Shown piece after piece: positions 9,872-21,526 of a DNA stretch of 64,000 nucleotides. The stretch's first letter is position 1. Each line of letters starts with the position of its first letter. The translations under genes and the position numbers were made by a program. Location: contig OZ241986.1 in assembly GCA_965204375.1 (NCBI GenBank), positions 1,888,001 to 1,952,000 on the forward strand, given 5' to 3'. Below the pieces are notes generated by a model. It saw only the letters and a program-made list of their open reading frames with translations. It was not told the origin of the DNA and ran no database searches. The DNA comes from Candidatus Latescibacterota bacterium. Its GTDB lineage: Bacteria; Latescibacterota; UBA2968.

Positions 9872-11215
9872 TCAAGCTCGGCGCCCTCGAATGCGGCCTT
9901 TTTTCATAAACCCATCGTAGTGACGCATCAGCAAATGCGATTCAACCTGCTGTAAAGTGTCGAGTGCTACACCGACCATAATCAACAAACCCGTGCCGCC
10001 AAACACTTGTTCAAGCCCCGGATGAACCCCCATAGAATTAATAATAAAGTATGGGCCAACGGCTATTGCAGCTAAGAAAATCGCACCTGGCATGTTGATT
10101 CGCGTAAGCACCCGATCGATAAAGTCCGACGTGCGTTTGCCCGGTCTGACACCGGGAATAAATCCGCCTTGCCGTTTCATATTATCAGCCAGATCAATCG
10201 GATTAAACACAATGGCGGTATAAAAATAAGCAAAGAAAATGACCAGCAAGGAGTAAATTGACCAGTAAGGCAATGACACCCAGGACATACTCGGCGTAAA
10301 AGCAGCCGCGAGATTTTGCATAAATACATTATTAGGGGCAAAGCCAGCCATCGTCGCAGGTAAAAACATAATGGCCTGAGCAAAAATAATAGGCATCACG
10401 CCAGAAGTATTGACTTTGAGCGGTATATGTGTGCTTTGCCCACCATATACCCGTCGTCCAACGACGCGTTTGGCGTATTGTACCGGAATTCTACGCGTGC
10501 CCTGTGTGATGAGTACCACCAGAGCGGTCAATGCAATAACGATTATTAAAACAGCTATTTCGATCAAAATTGGTTTGTCATTGGTCACAAAATCGCGATA
10601 TTCCTGCCGCACGACAAAAGGCAATGCCGCAATAATGCCAATAAAAATAAGTAGCGACATTCCGTTGCCAATACCGTGTGCATCAATTTGTTCCCCCAAC
10701 CACATAATCAACACGGTTCCAGCAGTAATTGTCAATACGGTCAACAGCCGGAAACCCCACCCGGGATAGAGTACGACCGAAAGTCCAGTCGCTGGCGACT
10801 GAAGGCTCTCCAGGAAAAAACTCACCCCCAGGGACTGTGCCGCAGCCAGTGCAACTGTGCCATATCGCGTATATTGTATAATCTTTTTTCGTCCTGCTTC
10901 CCCTTCTTTTTGCAGTTTTTGGAGGGATGGCACGACAGCACCCATCAATTGAAAAATAATGGACGCGCTGATATAAGGCATAATACCCAGTGCAAATACC
11001 GTCGCACGGGTAAATGCTCCCCCCACAAACATGTCGTAGAGACCAAAGATCGTTTGGCTGGTGCCTGCAAAAAATTCTCCCAGGGCAACCCGATCTATTC
11101 CGGGTATGGGAATCTGCCCTCCCAGGCGATAAATTGCCAGAATACCCAGCGTAAATAACACCTTATATCGCAGTTCCGGAATTTTAAAAACGCTCTTGAC
11201 GCTCTCGAGCAACAC
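9872..11215 (-). CDS. secY: Preprotein translocase SecY
   Basis: 'FALGIMPYISASII', 'GIGNGMSLLIF', 'GGFIPGVRPG'. Confidence 0.98.
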   Translation of the reverse strand: MLLESVKSVFKIPELRYKVLFTLGILAIYRLGGQIPIPGIDRVALGEFFAGTSQTIFGLYDMFVGGAFTRATVFALGIMPYISASIIFQLMGAVVPSLQKLQKEGEAGRKKIIQYTRYGTVALAAAQSLGVSFFLESLQSPATGLSVVLYPGWGFRLLTVLTITAGTVLIMWLGEQIDAHGIGNGMSLLIFIGIIAALPFVVRQEYRDFVTNDKPILIEIAVLIIVIALTALVVLITQGTRRIPVQYAKRVVGRRVYGGQSTHIPLKVNTSGVMPIIFAQAIMFLPATMAGFAPNNVFMQNLAAAFTPSMSWVSLPYWSIYSLLVIFFAYFYTAIVFNPIDLADNMKRQGGFIPGVRPGKRTSDFIDRVLTRINMPGAIFLAAIAVGPYFIINSMGVHPGLEQVFGGTGLLIMVGVALDTLQQVESHLLMRHYDGFMKKGRIRGRRA

Positions 11216-11234
11216 CGCCTCCTCTCAGCCGAGC

Positions 11235-11681
11235 TCAGTCGGTTTTGGCCTCAACATCTCCGCCAGCTGCAAGAACTTTTTTTTCTGCCGCAGCTGATAT
11301 TGCCTGAACCCGAATCTGCAATGGTACAGAAATTTCGCCTCGCCCCAAAATTTTCACAGGGCGTTTTGTAGAGGCAATCAAACCCGCATCTTTGAGCACT
11401 TCGGGAGTAATCTCACCCGAAAACTCCCTACTTGCCAAATCGTCGAGGTTTACGACCTGATAGGTCACCCGAAAAGGATTGTTAAACCCAACTTTCGGCA
11501 AGCGCCGGTGCAGGGGTGTTTGTCCCCCTTCAAACCCAACTTTGCGTTTGGATCCCGAACGCGCCCGCTGCCCTTTGTGCCCTTTACCTGCAGTTTTGCC
11601 TTTTCCAGAGCCGGGGCCAATGCCCAAACGTTTCTTTTTAGAATTTGTCCCCTGAGGCGGAGAGAGATTCCCAAGTTTCAT
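11235..11681 (-). CDS. rplO: 50S ribosomal protein L15
   Basis: 'GFEGGQTPLHRRLPKVGF'. Confidence 0.97.
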   Translation of the reverse strand: MKLGNLSPPQGTNSKKKRLGIGPGSGKGKTAGKGHKGQRARSGSKRKVGFEGGQTPLHRRLPKVGFNNPFRVTYQVVNLDDLASREFSGEITPEVLKDAGLIASTKRPVKILGRGEISVPLQIRVQAISAAAEKKVLAAGGDVEAKTD

Positions 11682-11697
11682 TCTCACATCCCGCGTT

Positions 11698-11886
11698 TTA
11701 ATTTTCTTCAACTTTAATCAGATGTGCAACAGCCGCCAGCATGCCGCGCAATTGGGGAGAATCAGCGTGTTCTACAGTATGCCGAATGCGGCGAATTCCC
11801 AACGCATCCAGTGTTCGTTGTTGTTTTTTTTGCCGCTTAATTGCACTGCGAATTTGTGTAACCCGCAGAGTTTTTTGCTCGCCCAT
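11698..11886 (-). CDS. rpmD: 50S ribosomal protein L30
   Basis: 'LRVTQIRS...TLDALGIRRI...RGML'; position in spc operon. Confidence 0.95.
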   Translation of the reverse strand: MGEQKTLRVTQIRSAIKRQKKQQRTLDALGIRRIRHTVEHADSPQLRGMLAAVAHLIKVEEN

Positions 11887-12404
11887 CACGACCCCCGTAC
11901 GGAAACCAATTCGGATTCTTCTACGCCTCGCAATAGTGCAAACATTCTCGCATCTTTCAACCGCGTTAATCCTTCCATCGCGGCTTTAACAGCATTCTGA
12001 GGATTTTGAGAACCCAATGACTTCGTCAACACATTTTGAACGCCAGCCAGTTCCAAAACCGCACGCACACCGCCTCCTGCAATAATACCCGTACCGGGCG
12101 CAGCGGGTTTGAGCAAAACGCGAGAAGCACCAAACCGTCCAATAATCTCGTGGGGCAATGTTCCATCAACGACTGGCACGCGCACCAGATTCTTTTTGGC
12201 ATCGTCGGCAGCTTTGCGAATAGCTTCAGAGACTTCGCCCGCTTTCCCCATTCCAATTCCGACAATACCTTTTTTGTCACCAATTACACAAAGCGCATTA
12301 AAAGCAAAACGTCGTCCACCTTTGCGAACGTGAGATACCCGTTTGATGCTATTGTTGATAACGATTTCCGTCAGGTCTAAACCCGTGGCTTCAATTTTGC
12401 TCAA
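11886..12404 (-). CDS. rpsE: 30S ribosomal protein S5
   Basis: 'KGGRRF', '[12 protein letters not shown]'. Confidence 0.97.
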   Translation of the reverse strand: MSKIEATGLDLTEIVINNSIKRVSHVRKGGRRFAFNALCVIGDKKGIVGIGMGKAGEVSEAIRKAADDAKKNLVRVPVVDGTLPHEIIGRFGASRVLLKPAAPGTGIIAGGGVRAVLELAGVQNVLTKSLGSQNPQNAVKAAMEGLTRLKDARMFALLRGVEESELVSVRGS

Positions 12405-12420
12405 AATCGGCTCCTTAACA

Positions 12421-12795
12421 TTAAAATTTCAACCCGCCTTCGCGTGCACCTTCAGCCAATGCTTTGACACGACCGTGATAGAGATAACCTGCGCGATCAA
12501 AAACAACCTGTGAGATGCCGGCGTCCCGCGCGCTCTCGGCCAATGCTTTCCCCACTTCACGGCTTTTATGGCATTTGCCTTCAATAGTTTGCAACTGATC
12601 TTTGAGCTGCGGAGCATTTGAGGATATGCCCATTAGAGAGCGTCCATTCACATCATCAATCAATTGCGCCTGAATATGTTTTAGACTCCTGAAAATCGTC
12701 AGACGCGGGCGATCAGCCGTTCCCAAAAGTCTCTTTCTAATGCGCATTTGACGACGCCTGCGCATCCTGGTCTTTTTAATTTGCTTGTCTGCCAT
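12421..12795 (-). CDS. rplR: 50S ribosomal protein L18
   Basis: 'RPRLTIFRS', '[18 protein letters not shown]'. Confidence 0.97.
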   Translation of the reverse strand: MADKQIKKTRMRRRRQMRIRKRLLGTADRPRLTIFRSLKHIQAQLIDDVNGRSLMGISSNAPQLKDQLQTIEGKCHKSREVGKALAESARDAGISQVVFDRAGYLYHGRVKALAEGAREGGLKF

Positions 12796-12811
12796 TGAAC
12801 AACCTCAAAAT

Positions 12812-13378
12812 TTAAGCTACTGCTGCCTTGCCAGCCTTGCGCCGCACGTATTCGCCGCTATATCGGATACCTTTTCCCTTATAGGGTTCGGGAGGTCGAA
12901 TATTTCGGATGTTCGCCGCTGTGCGTCCCACGAGTTCTTTATCGGCTCCACTAATCTTAACCAGAGCCTGAGAATTTTCGATCTCAGAGGGAGGCGCATC
13001 GACACTAAATTCAATTCCCTGAGGGGCTTCAACCGTTATCGGGTGACTGAACCCCACGTTGATGTCCAAATTTTTTCCTTTCATATCTGCGCGATATCCC
13101 ACTCCAACAACAACCAGGTACTTCTCAAAACCAGCTGTCACGCCCTGAACAGCATTTGCTAATAAAGCACGCGTGAGGCCCCAAATAGATTTGTGATGCC
13201 GGTCTTCGGGATCTTCCACGGTGACAGAAAGGGATTCACCCTCTTGCACGACCTGTGTGAGCGGATGTAAAGGTACCTGTAAAGTCCCTTTAGGACCTTT
13301 TATTTCCGCCTCTGTGGCCCCAATTTGCACATTGACGCCGCCTGGAACTTCAATCGGCTGTTGACCTATTCTCGACAC
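12812..13378 (-). CDS. rplF: 50S ribosomal protein L6
   Basis: 'MSRIG', 'RPPEPYKGKGIRY'. Confidence 0.97.
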   Translation of the reverse strand: MSRIGQQPIEVPGGVNVQIGATEAEIKGPKGTLQVPLHPLTQVVQEGESLSVTVEDPEDRHHKSIWGLTRALLANAVQGVTAGFEKYLVVVGVGYRADMKGKNLDINVGFSHPITVEAPQGIEFSVDAPPSEIENSQALVKISGADKELVGRTAANIRNIRPPEPYKGKGIRYSGEYVRRKAGKAAVA

Positions 13379-13398
13379 GATGCACTCCTTCCAGATCT

Positions 13399-13794
13399 CT
13401 ACCAGACGCTACAGATAACTTCGCCGCCAACACCTTCTCGACGCGCAGTTCGATCTGTCAAAATACCTTTTGATGTCGATAAAATAGCGACACCCAATCC
13501 ATTGAGTATTCGAGGAATTTCGTCTTTGCCCACATATTTTCTCAGACCGGGGCGACTTTCGCGCGTCAATCCTTGAATCGCGCTTTCCTCGTCGGGACTG
13601 TATTTGAGATAAAGGCGCAAATACCCCTGTCGGTTGTCGTCGATATACGCATAATTGTGAACAAAACCGCTTTCTTTTAAAATACGGGCAATCTCGCGCT
13701 TCATCCTGGAGCTCGGAATATCCACCTTGCGATGTCCGGCGCGACATGCATTTCGCACGCGCGTCAACATATCGGCAATCGGATCCGTCATCAT
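13399..13794 (-). CDS. rpsH: 30S ribosomal protein S8
   Basis: '[14 protein letters not shown]', 'SRPGLRKY'. Confidence 0.97.
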   Translation of the reverse strand: MMTDPIADMLTRVRNACRAGHRKVDIPSSRMKREIARILKESGFVHNYAYIDDNRQGYLRLYLKYSPDEESAIQGLTRESRPGLRKYVGKDEIPRILNGLGVAILSTSKGILTDRTARREGVGGEVICSVW

Positions 13795-13811
13795 ATGTGC
13801 TTCCCCCTCAA

Positions 13812-13997
13812 TTACCAACTGGCCTTTGTCACGCCGGGAATCTCACCAGCGAGGGCCAACTCGCGAAAACATATACGGCAAATACCAAATTTGCGCAAAT
13901 AACCACGTGGCCTGCCGCATCTGTGACACCGATTATAGCGGCGGACCGCAAATTTCTGTTTGCGCTTTGCTTTGGCAATCATAGATTTTTTAGCCAT
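13812..13997 (-). CDS. rpsN: 30S ribosomal protein S14 (zinc-binding type Z)
   Basis: '[10 protein letters not shown]...CRICFRE'. Confidence 0.97.
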   Translation of the reverse strand: MAKKSMIAKAKRKQKFAVRRYNRCHRCGRPRGYLRKFGICRICFRELALAGEIPGVTKASW

Positions 13998-14028
13998 ATT
14001 GGACCTGACCTCGTGTTAATTCTTTTAT

Positions 14029-14577
14029 TTAATCTTGATTTTGAAACGGCATGCCCATTTCGTTGAGCAGTTCAAAAGCCTCTTCATCCGTAGAGGCCGT
14101 GGTGACCAGGGTTACATCAAGGCCGCGAATTTTGTCGATTTGATCATAGTCAATCTCAGGAAAAATAATTTGTTCCTGAATACCGATCGTATAGTTGCCC
14201 CGACCATCAAATGAGCGCATTGAAAGGCCGCGAAAGTCGCGAATACGCGGCACAGAAAAATTGAAAAAACGGTCGAGAAATTCGTACATACGAGACCTGC
14301 GAAGCGTGACAGCACAGCCAATGGGTACACCCTGTCGCAGCTTAAAATTTGAAACGGCTTTCCGCGCCCTGCGAACTGAGGGCCGCTGTCCAGCAATGCG
14401 GGTCAAATCTTCAACAGCATTTTCAATGACTTTGGCATTGAGAACAGCTTCACCTACCCCCATGTTTAAGACAACCTTTTCCAATTTGGGCACCTGCATG
14501 CGATTTTTATACCCAAATCTTTGGATGAGTGCCGGTACAACTTCGTTCTCATAGTATTCTTGTAATCGCGTTGCCAT
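14029..14577 (-). CDS. rplE: 50S ribosomal protein L5
   Basis: 'PRIRDFRG', 'FDGRGNY', 'QIIFPEI'. Confidence 0.97.
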   Translation of the reverse strand: MATRLQEYYENEVVPALIQRFGYKNRMQVPKLEKVVLNMGVGEAVLNAKVIENAVEDLTRIAGQRPSVRRARKAVSNFKLRQGVPIGCAVTLRRSRMYEFLDRFFNFSVPRIRDFRGLSMRSFDGRGNYTIGIQEQIIFPEIDYDQIDKIRGLDVTLVTTASTDEEAFELLNEMGMPFQNQD

Positions 14578-14587
14578 GTCGTCCTCG

Positions 14588-14908
14588 TTATTCAACTTCG
14601 GGAATTTGCTCACCACTTTTTTGAGCAATCCGCACGCGCGCCCCATCTTCGAGGCGTTGAATGCGAATCCTGGTCCGCTCATCGGTTTGCGGATCGACGA
14701 TCATGAGATTGGACACATGCAAGGGCGCTTCCTTTTCCACAATACCGCCTTGCTGATTATTGGGATTGGGGCGCGTATGGCGCTTGACATTGTTGATCCC
14801 TTCTACCAGCACGCGTTTTTTCTTTGGCCATACATTCAAAACGCGCCCACGTTGACCAGTATAAACACCGCTTATCACTTCAACTTGATCACCCTTGCGA
14901 ATCCTCAT
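14588..14908 (-). CDS. rplX: 50S ribosomal protein L24
   Basis: '[12 protein letters not shown]', 'EAPLHVSN'. Confidence 0.97.
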   Translation of the reverse strand: MRIRKGDQVEVISGVYTGQRGRVLNVWPKKKRVLVEGINNVKRHTRPNPNNQQGGIVEKEAPLHVSNLMIVDPQTDERTRIRIQRLEDGARVRIAQKSGEQIPEVE

Positions 14909-14928
14909 CTCAACACACTTACCTTTCT

Positions 14929-15297
14929 TTATATCACTTCGGGCGCCAAAGATACAATGCGCATAAATCGCCTCTCGCGCAACTCGCGGGCAACGGGTCC
15001 AAATATGCGCGTCCCTCGAAGTTCGCCTTCCGCGCTGATCAAAACAGCGGCGTTGTCATCAAATCGAATATAGGACCCATCTGCCCTTCGCGTCTCTTTC
15101 TTTGTGCGGACGATCACGGCACGAGTAACATCACCGCGCTTTACACCGCTGTTGGGCTGTGCATCTTTAACTGAAACCACAACAGTATCACCGAGTTTGG
15201 CATACTTGCGCTTCGTGCCCCCTAAAATGCGAAAACACATCACCTTTCGGGCACCTGTGTTATCCGCACAATTTAATACCGAATATTCCTGGACCAT
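14929..15297 (-). CDS. rplN: 50S ribosomal protein L14
   Basis: 'ADNTGA', 'IRFDDNAAV', '[12 protein letters not shown]'. Confidence 0.98.
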   Translation of the reverse strand: MVQEYSVLNCADNTGARKVMCFRILGGTKRKYAKLGDTVVVSVKDAQPNSGVKRGDVTRAVIVRTKKETRRADGSYIRFDDNAAVLISAEGELRGTRIFGPVARELRERRFMRIVSLAPEVI

Positions 15298-15308
15298 GTT
15301 CTCTCCAC

Positions 15309-15569
15309 CTAATGCGCCTTTTTTATAATTTCTACCAACCGCCAGCGCTTGGTCTTGCTCAAAGGCCGCGTTTCCACAACCATCACCTCATCGCCAGTTC
15401 TGGCTTCATTATTCTCATCGTGCGCCGTTAATTTTGAACGTCTTTGCATAACTTTTCCATAAAGGGGGTGTGGCACCTGCCGCCGTACCTCAACGACTAT
15501 TGTTTTATTAGACTTGTCGCTGACCACCAGCCCTACACGTGTTTTGCGGTGCCTGCGAGTTTCCACCAT
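15309..15569 (-). CDS. rpsQ: 30S ribosomal protein S17
   Basis: 'VVSDK', 'HPLYGK', '[11 protein letters not shown]'. Confidence 0.97.
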   Translation of the reverse strand: MVETRRHRKTRVGLVVSDKSNKTIVVEVRRQVPHPLYGKVMQRRSKLTAHDENNEARTGDEVMVVETRPLSKTKRWRLVEIIKKAH

Positions 15570-15589
15570 ACACCGATTCTCCTTAAAAA

Positions 15590-15799
15590 TTACGCGGGAA
15601 GCTCTCGAATGCCTAACTCGTGTTCGCGCAACACGGTTTTTAGCCGAGCGAGATCCTTGCATGCATCTCGAAATGCAATTGGATTATCGAGCTGGCGCGT
15701 AGCCAACTGAATGCGGAGATTCACGAGTTCATCCTCTTGTTCAGCAATTCTTTCCCTTACATCGTTTGCAGTTAGATCTCGAATTTCACTCGGTTTCAT
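15590..15799 (-). CDS. rpmC: 50S ribosomal protein L29
   Basis: 'ELVNLRIQ...LDNP...[10 protein letters not shown]'; position. Confidence 0.95.
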   Translation of the reverse strand: MKPSEIRDLTANDVRERIAEQEDELVNLRIQLATRQLDNPIAFRDACKDLARLKTVLREHELGIRELPA

Positions 15800-16215
15800 T
15801 CGTCGTGTCCCCCGCGTTCTACAAAACGGACTTTAATGGGCAATTTCTGGCTGGCCAATTTGATTGCGCGTTGCGCACTTCCGCGTGGCACACCCTCAAT
15901 TTCAAACAGAATCCGCCCGGGTTTGATGACTGCCACCCAGTATTCGGGATTGCCTTTGCCCTTGCCCATACGGGTCTCTGCTGGCTTAACCGTAAGGGGT
16001 TTATCTGGAAAAACGCGAATCCAAACTTTCCCACCGCGCCCCAAAGACTTGTTAATCGCCACTCGAGCAGCTTCAATCTGTCTGTTGGTAATCCATCCCG
16101 GTTCAAGGGCCTGCAAACCGTATTCGCCAAAAGAAATATTGGCTCCTCGAGAGGCCATACCTTTGCGACGCCCCCTCTGCTGCTTTCTCCATTTGACCCG
16201 TTTTGGCATTAACAT
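15796..16215 (-). CDS. rplP: 50S ribosomal protein L16
   Basis: '[11 protein letters not shown]', 'RMGKGKG'. Confidence 0.98.
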   Translation of the reverse strand: MLMPKRVKWRKQQRGRRKGMASRGANISFGEYGLQALEPGWITNRQIEAARVAINKSLGRGGKVWIRVFPDKPLTVKPAETRMGKGKGNPEYWVAVIKPGRILFEIEGVPRGSAQRAIKLASQKLPIKVRFVERGGHDE

Positions 16216-16236
16216 AATAGCCGCTCCTGTCCCGAC

Positions 16237-16887
16237 TTAAGTTGGCAGATGGGCATCCTGACCCATTTTTTCTCCGTGACAGATCCAGACTTTTACCCCT
16301 ACAGTACCCGAGGTTGTATAAGCAGTAGATCTGGCATAATCTATATCGGCGCGAAGTGTGTGAAGAGGAACGCGTCCTGCAGGCTCTGATTTTTCAACGC
16401 GAGACATTTCCGCTCCACCAAGGCGCCCTCCACACACGACTTTAATCCCTTCAGCCCCCATGCGCACCGCCGAAGCAACGGCTTTTTTCATTGCACGGCG
16501 AAATGAGACGCGCTGTTCGAGTTGTCGGGAGATATTATCGGCGACGAGTTGAGCGTTGAGTTCTGGTCGCTTAATTTCATTGATGTTGATATAAATTTCT
16601 TTGCCCGTCAGGTGCTTTAATTCATCTCGCAATTTATCGACCTCTGCGCCTTTGCGTCCAATCACAATGCCAGGACGAGCGGTGTGAATCGAAATCGTCA
16701 CCCGCTTAGGCGCACGCTCAATATCTATTTGTGCAACGCTTGCCCGCTGCAGACGACTGGTAATATATCGCCTGAGCATAAGGTCTTCTTGAAGCAGGCT
16801 GGCAAAATCGCGATTGGCAAACCAGCGAGAACGCCAGTCTTTTACAATTCCCAACCTCACTCCGATTGGATGCGTTTTCTGGCCCAA
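16237..16887 (-). CDS. rpsC: 30S ribosomal protein S3
   Basis: 'GQKTHPIG', 'RPGIVIG', '[12 protein letters not shown]'; TTG start. Confidence 0.97.
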   Translation of the reverse strand: MGQKTHPIGVRLGIVKDWRSRWFANRDFASLLQEDLMLRRYITSRLQRASVAQIDIERAPKRVTISIHTARPGIVIGRKGAEVDKLRDELKHLTGKEIYININEIKRPELNAQLVADNISRQLEQRVSFRRAMKKAVASAVRMGAEGIKVVCGGRLGGAEMSRVEKSEPAGRVPLHTLRADIDYARSTAYTTSGTVGVKVWICHGEKMGQDAHLPT

Positions 16888-16897
16888 AGTATTTCTC

Positions 16898-17239
16898 CTA
16901 TTCCTCGTCTGAAACAACCAGCGTGATGTGGCTATATCGCTTGCGAATCATGCCGGCAGCACCACGCGGCTGAGGACGCAACCGTTTTAACGCAATGCCA
17001 CCATCTACAAACGCCTCTTTCACAAAGAGTGTTTCTTCGACTGCGGATTCTTCTTCGCGATTGACCGCATTTGCAACTGCGGATTGCAAGGTGCGCGCTA
17101 CAATGCGCGCGGCCTTTTTAGGTGTAAATTGCAGAATGTGGAAAGCTTCCTCCACACCTTTACCCCGCACGAGATTAACCACCTGTCGCACCTTGCGCGG
17201 TGAAATTCTTGAATAGCGCAATACCGCCCGAGCTTCCAT
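16898..17239 (-). CDS. rplV: 50S ribosomal protein L22
   Basis: 'ISPRKVR', 'SAVANA', 'SHIT'. Confidence 0.97.
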   Translation of the reverse strand: MEARAVLRYSRISPRKVRQVVNLVRGKGVEEAFHILQFTPKKAARIVARTLQSAVANAVNREEESAVEETLFVKEAFVDGGIALKRLRPQPRGAAGMIRKRYSHITLVVSDEE

Positions 17240-17261
17240 TTAAAATTCCCGTCTCAAAATA

Positions 17262-17552
17262 TCACTGTAAAGAAGTGGCGCGTTCAGTAGATCGCCCCGC
17301 GCGCGCTCCCCGATGCGTGCGCGTGGGAGCAAATTCACCGAGTTTGTGTCCAACCATGTTTTCTGTGATATAAACGGGGATAAATTTATTTCCATTGTGC
17401 ACAGCAAGCGTATGCCCCACAAACTCTGGCGCAATTGTCGATCGTCGCGCCCACGTCTGAATAACCCGCTTATTACCAGCCTTATTCATTTGCTCAATCT
17501 TTTTTAAGAGACTCGGCTCAATAAAAGGCCCTTTTTTAATTGACCGTGCCAT
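17262..17552 (-). CDS. rpsS: 30S ribosomal protein S19
   Basis: 'RSIKKGPF', '[13 protein letters not shown]'. Confidence 0.98.
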   Translation of the reverse strand: MARSIKKGPFIEPSLLKKIEQMNKAGNKRVIQTWARRSTIAPEFVGHTLAVHNGNKFIPVYITENMVGHKLGEFAPTRTHRGARAGRSTERATSLQ

Positions 17553-17568
17553 AAAAAAAAACTCCTGA

Positions 17569-18393
17569 TTACCTGCGTCTTTGAATGATCATTTGATCAG
17601 ATTTATTTTTCTTTTTGCGCGTTTTATATCCTTTTGTGGGTTGTCCCCAGGGCGTCACCGGATGCCTGCCGCCTGTTGCTCGACCTTCTCCACCACCGTG
17701 AGGATGATCAATTGGGTTCATAGCAACACCACGCACTTTTGGACGTTTGCCCAACCAGCGAGTCCGTCCTGCTTTTCCGACAACAACATTTTCATGCTCT
17801 AAATTGCCAACCTGTCCAATGGTCGCATAACACGATACTAAGACCAACCGACGCTCGCCAGAAGGCAGGCGAAGAGTTGCAAAATTGCCTTCTTTAGCCA
17901 TCACCTGAATTTCAGCACCTGCCGAGCGACCAATTTGTCCGCCTTTGCCTGGCTTGAGTTCAACATTGTGTACATTGCTCCCCAAAGGGATATTTGCCAG
18001 AGGAAGCGCATTACCTGGTCTGATCTCTGCATCTGCTCCTGAGGCAACCTCATCGCCAACACGTAAACCAATCGGGGCCAGAATATAGCGTTTTTCACCA
18101 TCGACATAGTGCAGGAGTGCAATGCGCGCCGATCGATTTGGATCGTATTCAATGCTATGCACAATTGCAGGCACACCTACTTTATCGCGCTTGAAATCAA
18201 TTCGGCGGTACTTGCGCCGATGTCCGCCACCGCGACGACGACTCGTGATACGCCCTCGATTATTGCGGCCCCCAGATTTTTTATTGGGTTCAACAAGGGA
18301 TTTTTCAGGCGTATCTTTTGTAATCTCTTCAAAAGAAGAGACTGTCTTAAATCGCAACGAAGGCGTTGTTGGGCGAAACTTCTTAACGGGCAT
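17569..18393 (-). CDS. rplB: 50S ribosomal protein L2
   Basis: '[13 protein letters not shown]', '[17 protein letters not shown]'. Confidence 0.98.
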   Translation of the reverse strand: MPVKKFRPTTPSLRFKTVSSFEEITKDTPEKSLVEPNKKSGGRNNRGRITSRRRGGGHRRKYRRIDFKRDKVGVPAIVHSIEYDPNRSARIALLHYVDGEKRYILAPIGLRVGDEVASGADAEIRPGNALPLANIPLGSNVHNVELKPGKGGQIGRSAGAEIQVMAKEGNFATLRLPSGERRLVLVSCYATIGQVGNLEHENVVVGKAGRTRWLGKRPKVRGVAMNPIDHPHGGGEGRATGGRHPVTPWGQPTKGYKTRKKKNKSDQMIIQRRR

Positions 18394-18396
18394 GAA

Positions 18397-18684
18397 TTAT
18401 CCTTCAAAAAAGTCGATGATATGTCCATCGGCAAGGGTGACAACAGCCTTTTTCCAGTTGGAACGGCGGCCTTGAAACCGTCCAAGCCGCTTGATCTTGC
18501 CGTGCACTGTACTCGTATTGACCTTTACGACTTCGACATCGAACATGGCTTCAACTGCACGCTGAATATCGACTTTGTTTGCACCACTGAGAACTTCAAA
18601 TACATATTTATTGTGACTTTCCTGCAAATTAGAAGCCCGCTCGGTAATAATGGGACGCCGAATAATCTGCTTAGAATTCTTCAC
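18397..18684 (-). CDS. rplW: 50S ribosomal protein L23
   Basis: 'PIITE', 'WKKAVVTL'. Confidence 0.96.
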   Translation of the reverse strand: MKNSKQIIRRPIITERASNLQESHNKYVFEVLSGANKVDIQRAVEAMFDVEVVKVNTSTVHGKIKRLGRFQGRRSNWKKAVVTLADGHIIDFFEG

Positions 18685-19313
18685 GAGGCCCCCCACAGAT
18701 CACGAATGCGAGAAACCGCACTGCGTGTGAGAACCAGGACATCTGCATTGATCACGTCATAAGTGGAAACTTGCGAAACGGGTAATACGGAAAGTCTGGG
18801 GATATTCCGACAGGATTTGACGGTATTTTCAGCGATACCATCTGTCAATAGCAATATCTTTTGCCCCCGGATTTCAAGCATTTGTGTCATTTGTGCCATT
18901 CGCTTTGTTTTGGGCACTTCAAGCTCAAAATCTTCCAGAACAGATATGGATTCGCCGAGCACTTTTTGCGAAAATGCCGAGCGTATGGCCAATTTTTTGA
19001 CTTTCTTGGGCACCCGTTCCCGAAAATGTCTCGGTCTGGGACCATGAGCCACCCCACCACCGATCAATATAGGCGATCCAGCTGTTCCCTTACGGGCACG
19101 ACCCGTACCTTTTTGTCGGTACATCTTCCGTTTTGACCGATGGACTTCTGAGCGGGTTTTCGTCGAGGCATTGCCTTGCCGCTGATTGGCCAAATACGCT
19201 TTAACGACATAATAGATCGCGTCAGCCGATGGCTCAATTCCAAAAACTGTTTCGGGTAGCTCCATCGATCCGATTTCTTCACCATCAAGATTGCAAACCT
19301 CAACAGATGCCAT
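18681..19313 (-). CDS. rplD: 50S ribosomal protein L4
   Basis: 'RQGNASTKTRSEV', 'QKGTGRAR'. Confidence 0.97.
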   Translation of the reverse strand: MASVEVCNLDGEEIGSMELPETVFGIEPSADAIYYVVKAYLANQRQGNASTKTRSEVHRSKRKMYRQKGTGRARKGTAGSPILIGGGVAHGPRPRHFRERVPKKVKKLAIRSAFSQKVLGESISVLEDFELEVPKTKRMAQMTQMLEIRGQKILLLTDGIAENTVKSCRNIPRLSVLPVSQVSTYDVINADVLVLTRSAVSRIRDLWGAS

Positions 19314-19330
19314 AATCGCCTTACCTCAAA

Positions 19331-19954
19331 TCAGTTGCGTTTCTCAATAACAACCGTAGCCCCTTTACCTCCTGGCACGGCACCTTTTAAGAGAAGCAAA
19401 TTTTGTTCGATATCTACACCCACGACCTTTAATCCCCGAACCGTTACCTGCTGATCCCCCATATGACCTGCCATACGCATTCCCTTAAACACCCGCGAAG
19501 GATTCGAACTTTGGCCTATAGAACCAGGCGCGCGATGTCTATCGGATTGTCCATGGGTTTTGGGGCCACCTCTGAATCCGTGGCGCTTGACACCACCCTG
19601 GAATCCACGACCTTTTGATCGAGCCGCAACATCGACAACCTCGCCTACCTCAAACATGCTGACATTGAGTGTCTCGCCTATAGCATATTCGGAGACATCA
19701 TCAACTCGAAATTCTACAAGGCCTCGATGGGGATTAACACCTGCCTTCTTGAAAATTCCTTGATCCGCGCGGTTCAGCCGATTGGGCCGAATCTCATCGT
19801 ACCCAACCCTCAATGCCATATACCCATCCGAATCCCAATTTTTGATCTGCACAATGGGACACGGAGCAACTTCGAGAACCGTGACAGGCGTCAGCATTTC
19901 TGCGTCGTCAAATGCCTGTGTCATACCGATTTTTTTTCCAATCAATCCCAGCAC
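19331..19954 (-). CDS. rplC: 50S ribosomal protein L3
   Basis: 'GKKIGMTQ', 'SKGRGFQG', 'HRAPGSIG'. Confidence 0.98.
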   Translation of the reverse strand: MLGLIGKKIGMTQAFDDAEMLTPVTVLEVAPCPIVQIKNWDSDGYMALRVGYDEIRPNRLNRADQGIFKKAGVNPHRGLVEFRVDDVSEYAIGETLNVSMFEVGEVVDVAARSKGRGFQGGVKRHGFRGGPKTHGQSDRHRAPGSIGQSSNPSRVFKGMRMAGHMGDQQVTVRGLKVVGVDIEQNLLLLKGAVPGGKGATVVIEKRN

Positions 19955-19956
19955 GA

Positions 19957-20265
19957 CTACACCTTGATTTCAATATCTATACCCGCAGGCAGGTCCAGCT
20001 TCATCAGAGCATCTACCGTTTGGGGCGTTGAATTGTGAATGTCGATCAGCCTTTTGTGTACGCGCATCTCAAACTGCTCGCGCGATTTTTTATCGACATG
20101 TGGAGATCGCAATACCGTATAGAGCGAGCGCCTCGTCGGCAGAGGAATGGGGCCTGAAATAAGCGCCCCAGTCCGTTTTGCTGTCCGAACGATTTCTTCA
20201 GCAGAACGATCCAGCGCATTGTGGTTGTATGCTTTTAGTCTAATTCTAATTTTTTGTGCAGGCAC
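19957..20265 (-). CDS. rpsJ: 30S ribosomal protein S10
   Basis: 'GPIPLPT', '[13 protein letters not shown]'. Confidence 0.98.
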   Translation of the reverse strand: MPAQKIRIRLKAYNHNALDRSAEEIVRTAKRTGALISGPIPLPTRRSLYTVLRSPHVDKKSREQFEMRVHKRLIDIHNSTPQTVDALMKLDLPAGIDIEIKV

Positions 20266-20285
20266 GAGGCATCCCTTCGCGGTTC

Positions 20286-21479
20286 TTATTCAACAATTTC
20301 AGTAATCACACCCGAGCCAATAGTTCGACCACCTTCCCGCACGGCAAATCGCAGTTCGGTCTCCATAGCGATTGGCGTAAGCAGTTCCACAGACATGGTC
20401 ACATTATCGCCGGGCATCACCATTTCTACGCCATCGGGCAACTCGACTTTACCAGTCACATCCGTTGTGCGAAAATAGAACTGAGGTTGATAGCCGGTAA
20501 AGAAGGGTTTGCTGCGTCCGCCTTCTTTATCCGTCAGCACATAAACTTCGCCTTTAAACTTCTTGTGGGGGGTCACTGAACCTGGCTTGGCAACCACCAT
20601 GCCGCGTTCAATTTCATCTTTGTCAACACCGCGAAGCAACAAACCGACATTGTCACCAGCCCTGCCCTCATCCAGCAGTTTGCGGAACATTTCCACGCCC
20701 GTAACCGTTGTATTGCGACTCTCGCGAATGCCCACAATCTCAACTTCCTCACCGACATTAACCACGCCGCGTTCAATGCGTCCAGTACCTACTGTACCGC
20801 GCCCCGTAATCGTAAATACGTCCTCAACCGGCATCAAAAAATCTTTGTCAATCTCGCGCACAGGCTCCGGGATATTTTCATCTACAGCTTCCATTAACTC
20901 CCAGATACAGGCACAATCTTCGGAATCGGGATCGTCAGACTCCAAAGCTTTGAGGGCAGAACCCTGGATCACTGGCACATCATCGCCGGGGAAATCATAT
21001 TGGTCCAACAACTCGCGGACTTCCAGATCAACAAGTTCGAGCAATTCTTCATCATCGACCATATCGACCTTATTCATAAATACCACGATGGAAGGCACAT
21101 TGACCTGGCGTGAAAGCAGAATATGCTCGCGGGTCTGAATCATGGGACCATCTGCAGCACTAACGACCAGAATCGCACCATCCATCTGCGCGGCACCCGT
21201 GATCATGTTTTTCACATAGTCAGCATGTCCGGGACAATCTACGTGGGCATAGTGCCGATTTTCCGTCTGATACTCCACGTGAGCCGTATTAATGGTGATT
21301 CCACGCTCTTTTTCTTCGGGTGCTTTGTCAATGTCGTCAAAAGGCATAAAATCGGCAAGCCCCTTAGCTGCCAGCGTCTTGGTAATAGCAGCAGTCAGCG
21401 TGGTTTTGCCGTGATCGACATGCCCGATTGTACCGATGTTGACATGGGGTTTGTCCCGTTCAAATTTTTCCTTCGCCAT
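20286..21479 (-). CDS. tuf: Elongation factor Tu
   Basis: 'GHVDHGKTT', '[15 protein letters not shown]', 'NKVD'. Confidence 0.99.
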   Translation of the reverse strand: MAKEKFERDKPHVNIGTIGHVDHGKTTLTAAITKTLAAKGLADFMPFDDIDKAPEEKERGITINTAHVEYQTENRHYAHVDCPGHADYVKNMITGAAQMDGAILVVSAADGPMIQTREHILLSRQVNVPSIVVFMNKVDMVDDEELLELVDLEVRELLDQYDFPGDDVPVIQGSALKALESDDPDSEDCACIWELMEAVDENIPEPVREIDKDFLMPVEDVFTITGRGTVGTGRIERGVVNVGEEVEIVGIRESRNTTVTGVEMFRKLLDEGRAGDNVGLLLRGVDKDEIERGMVVAKPGSVTPHKKFKGEVYVLTDKEGGRSKPFFTGYQPQFYFRTTDVTGKVELPDGVEMVMPGDNVTMSVELLTPIAMETELRFAVREGGRTIGSGVITEIVE

Positions 21480-21526
21480 ATTTTCCTCCTGAAAAGATCG
21501 AACGAAAATAAAAAAAACGCGTTCGC

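Noticed and set aside
20286-21479. EF-Tu substitutions (GPMIQT, GYQPQF) as elfamycin resistance
   Set aside because: Cannot tie these positions to established resistance sites without an alignment
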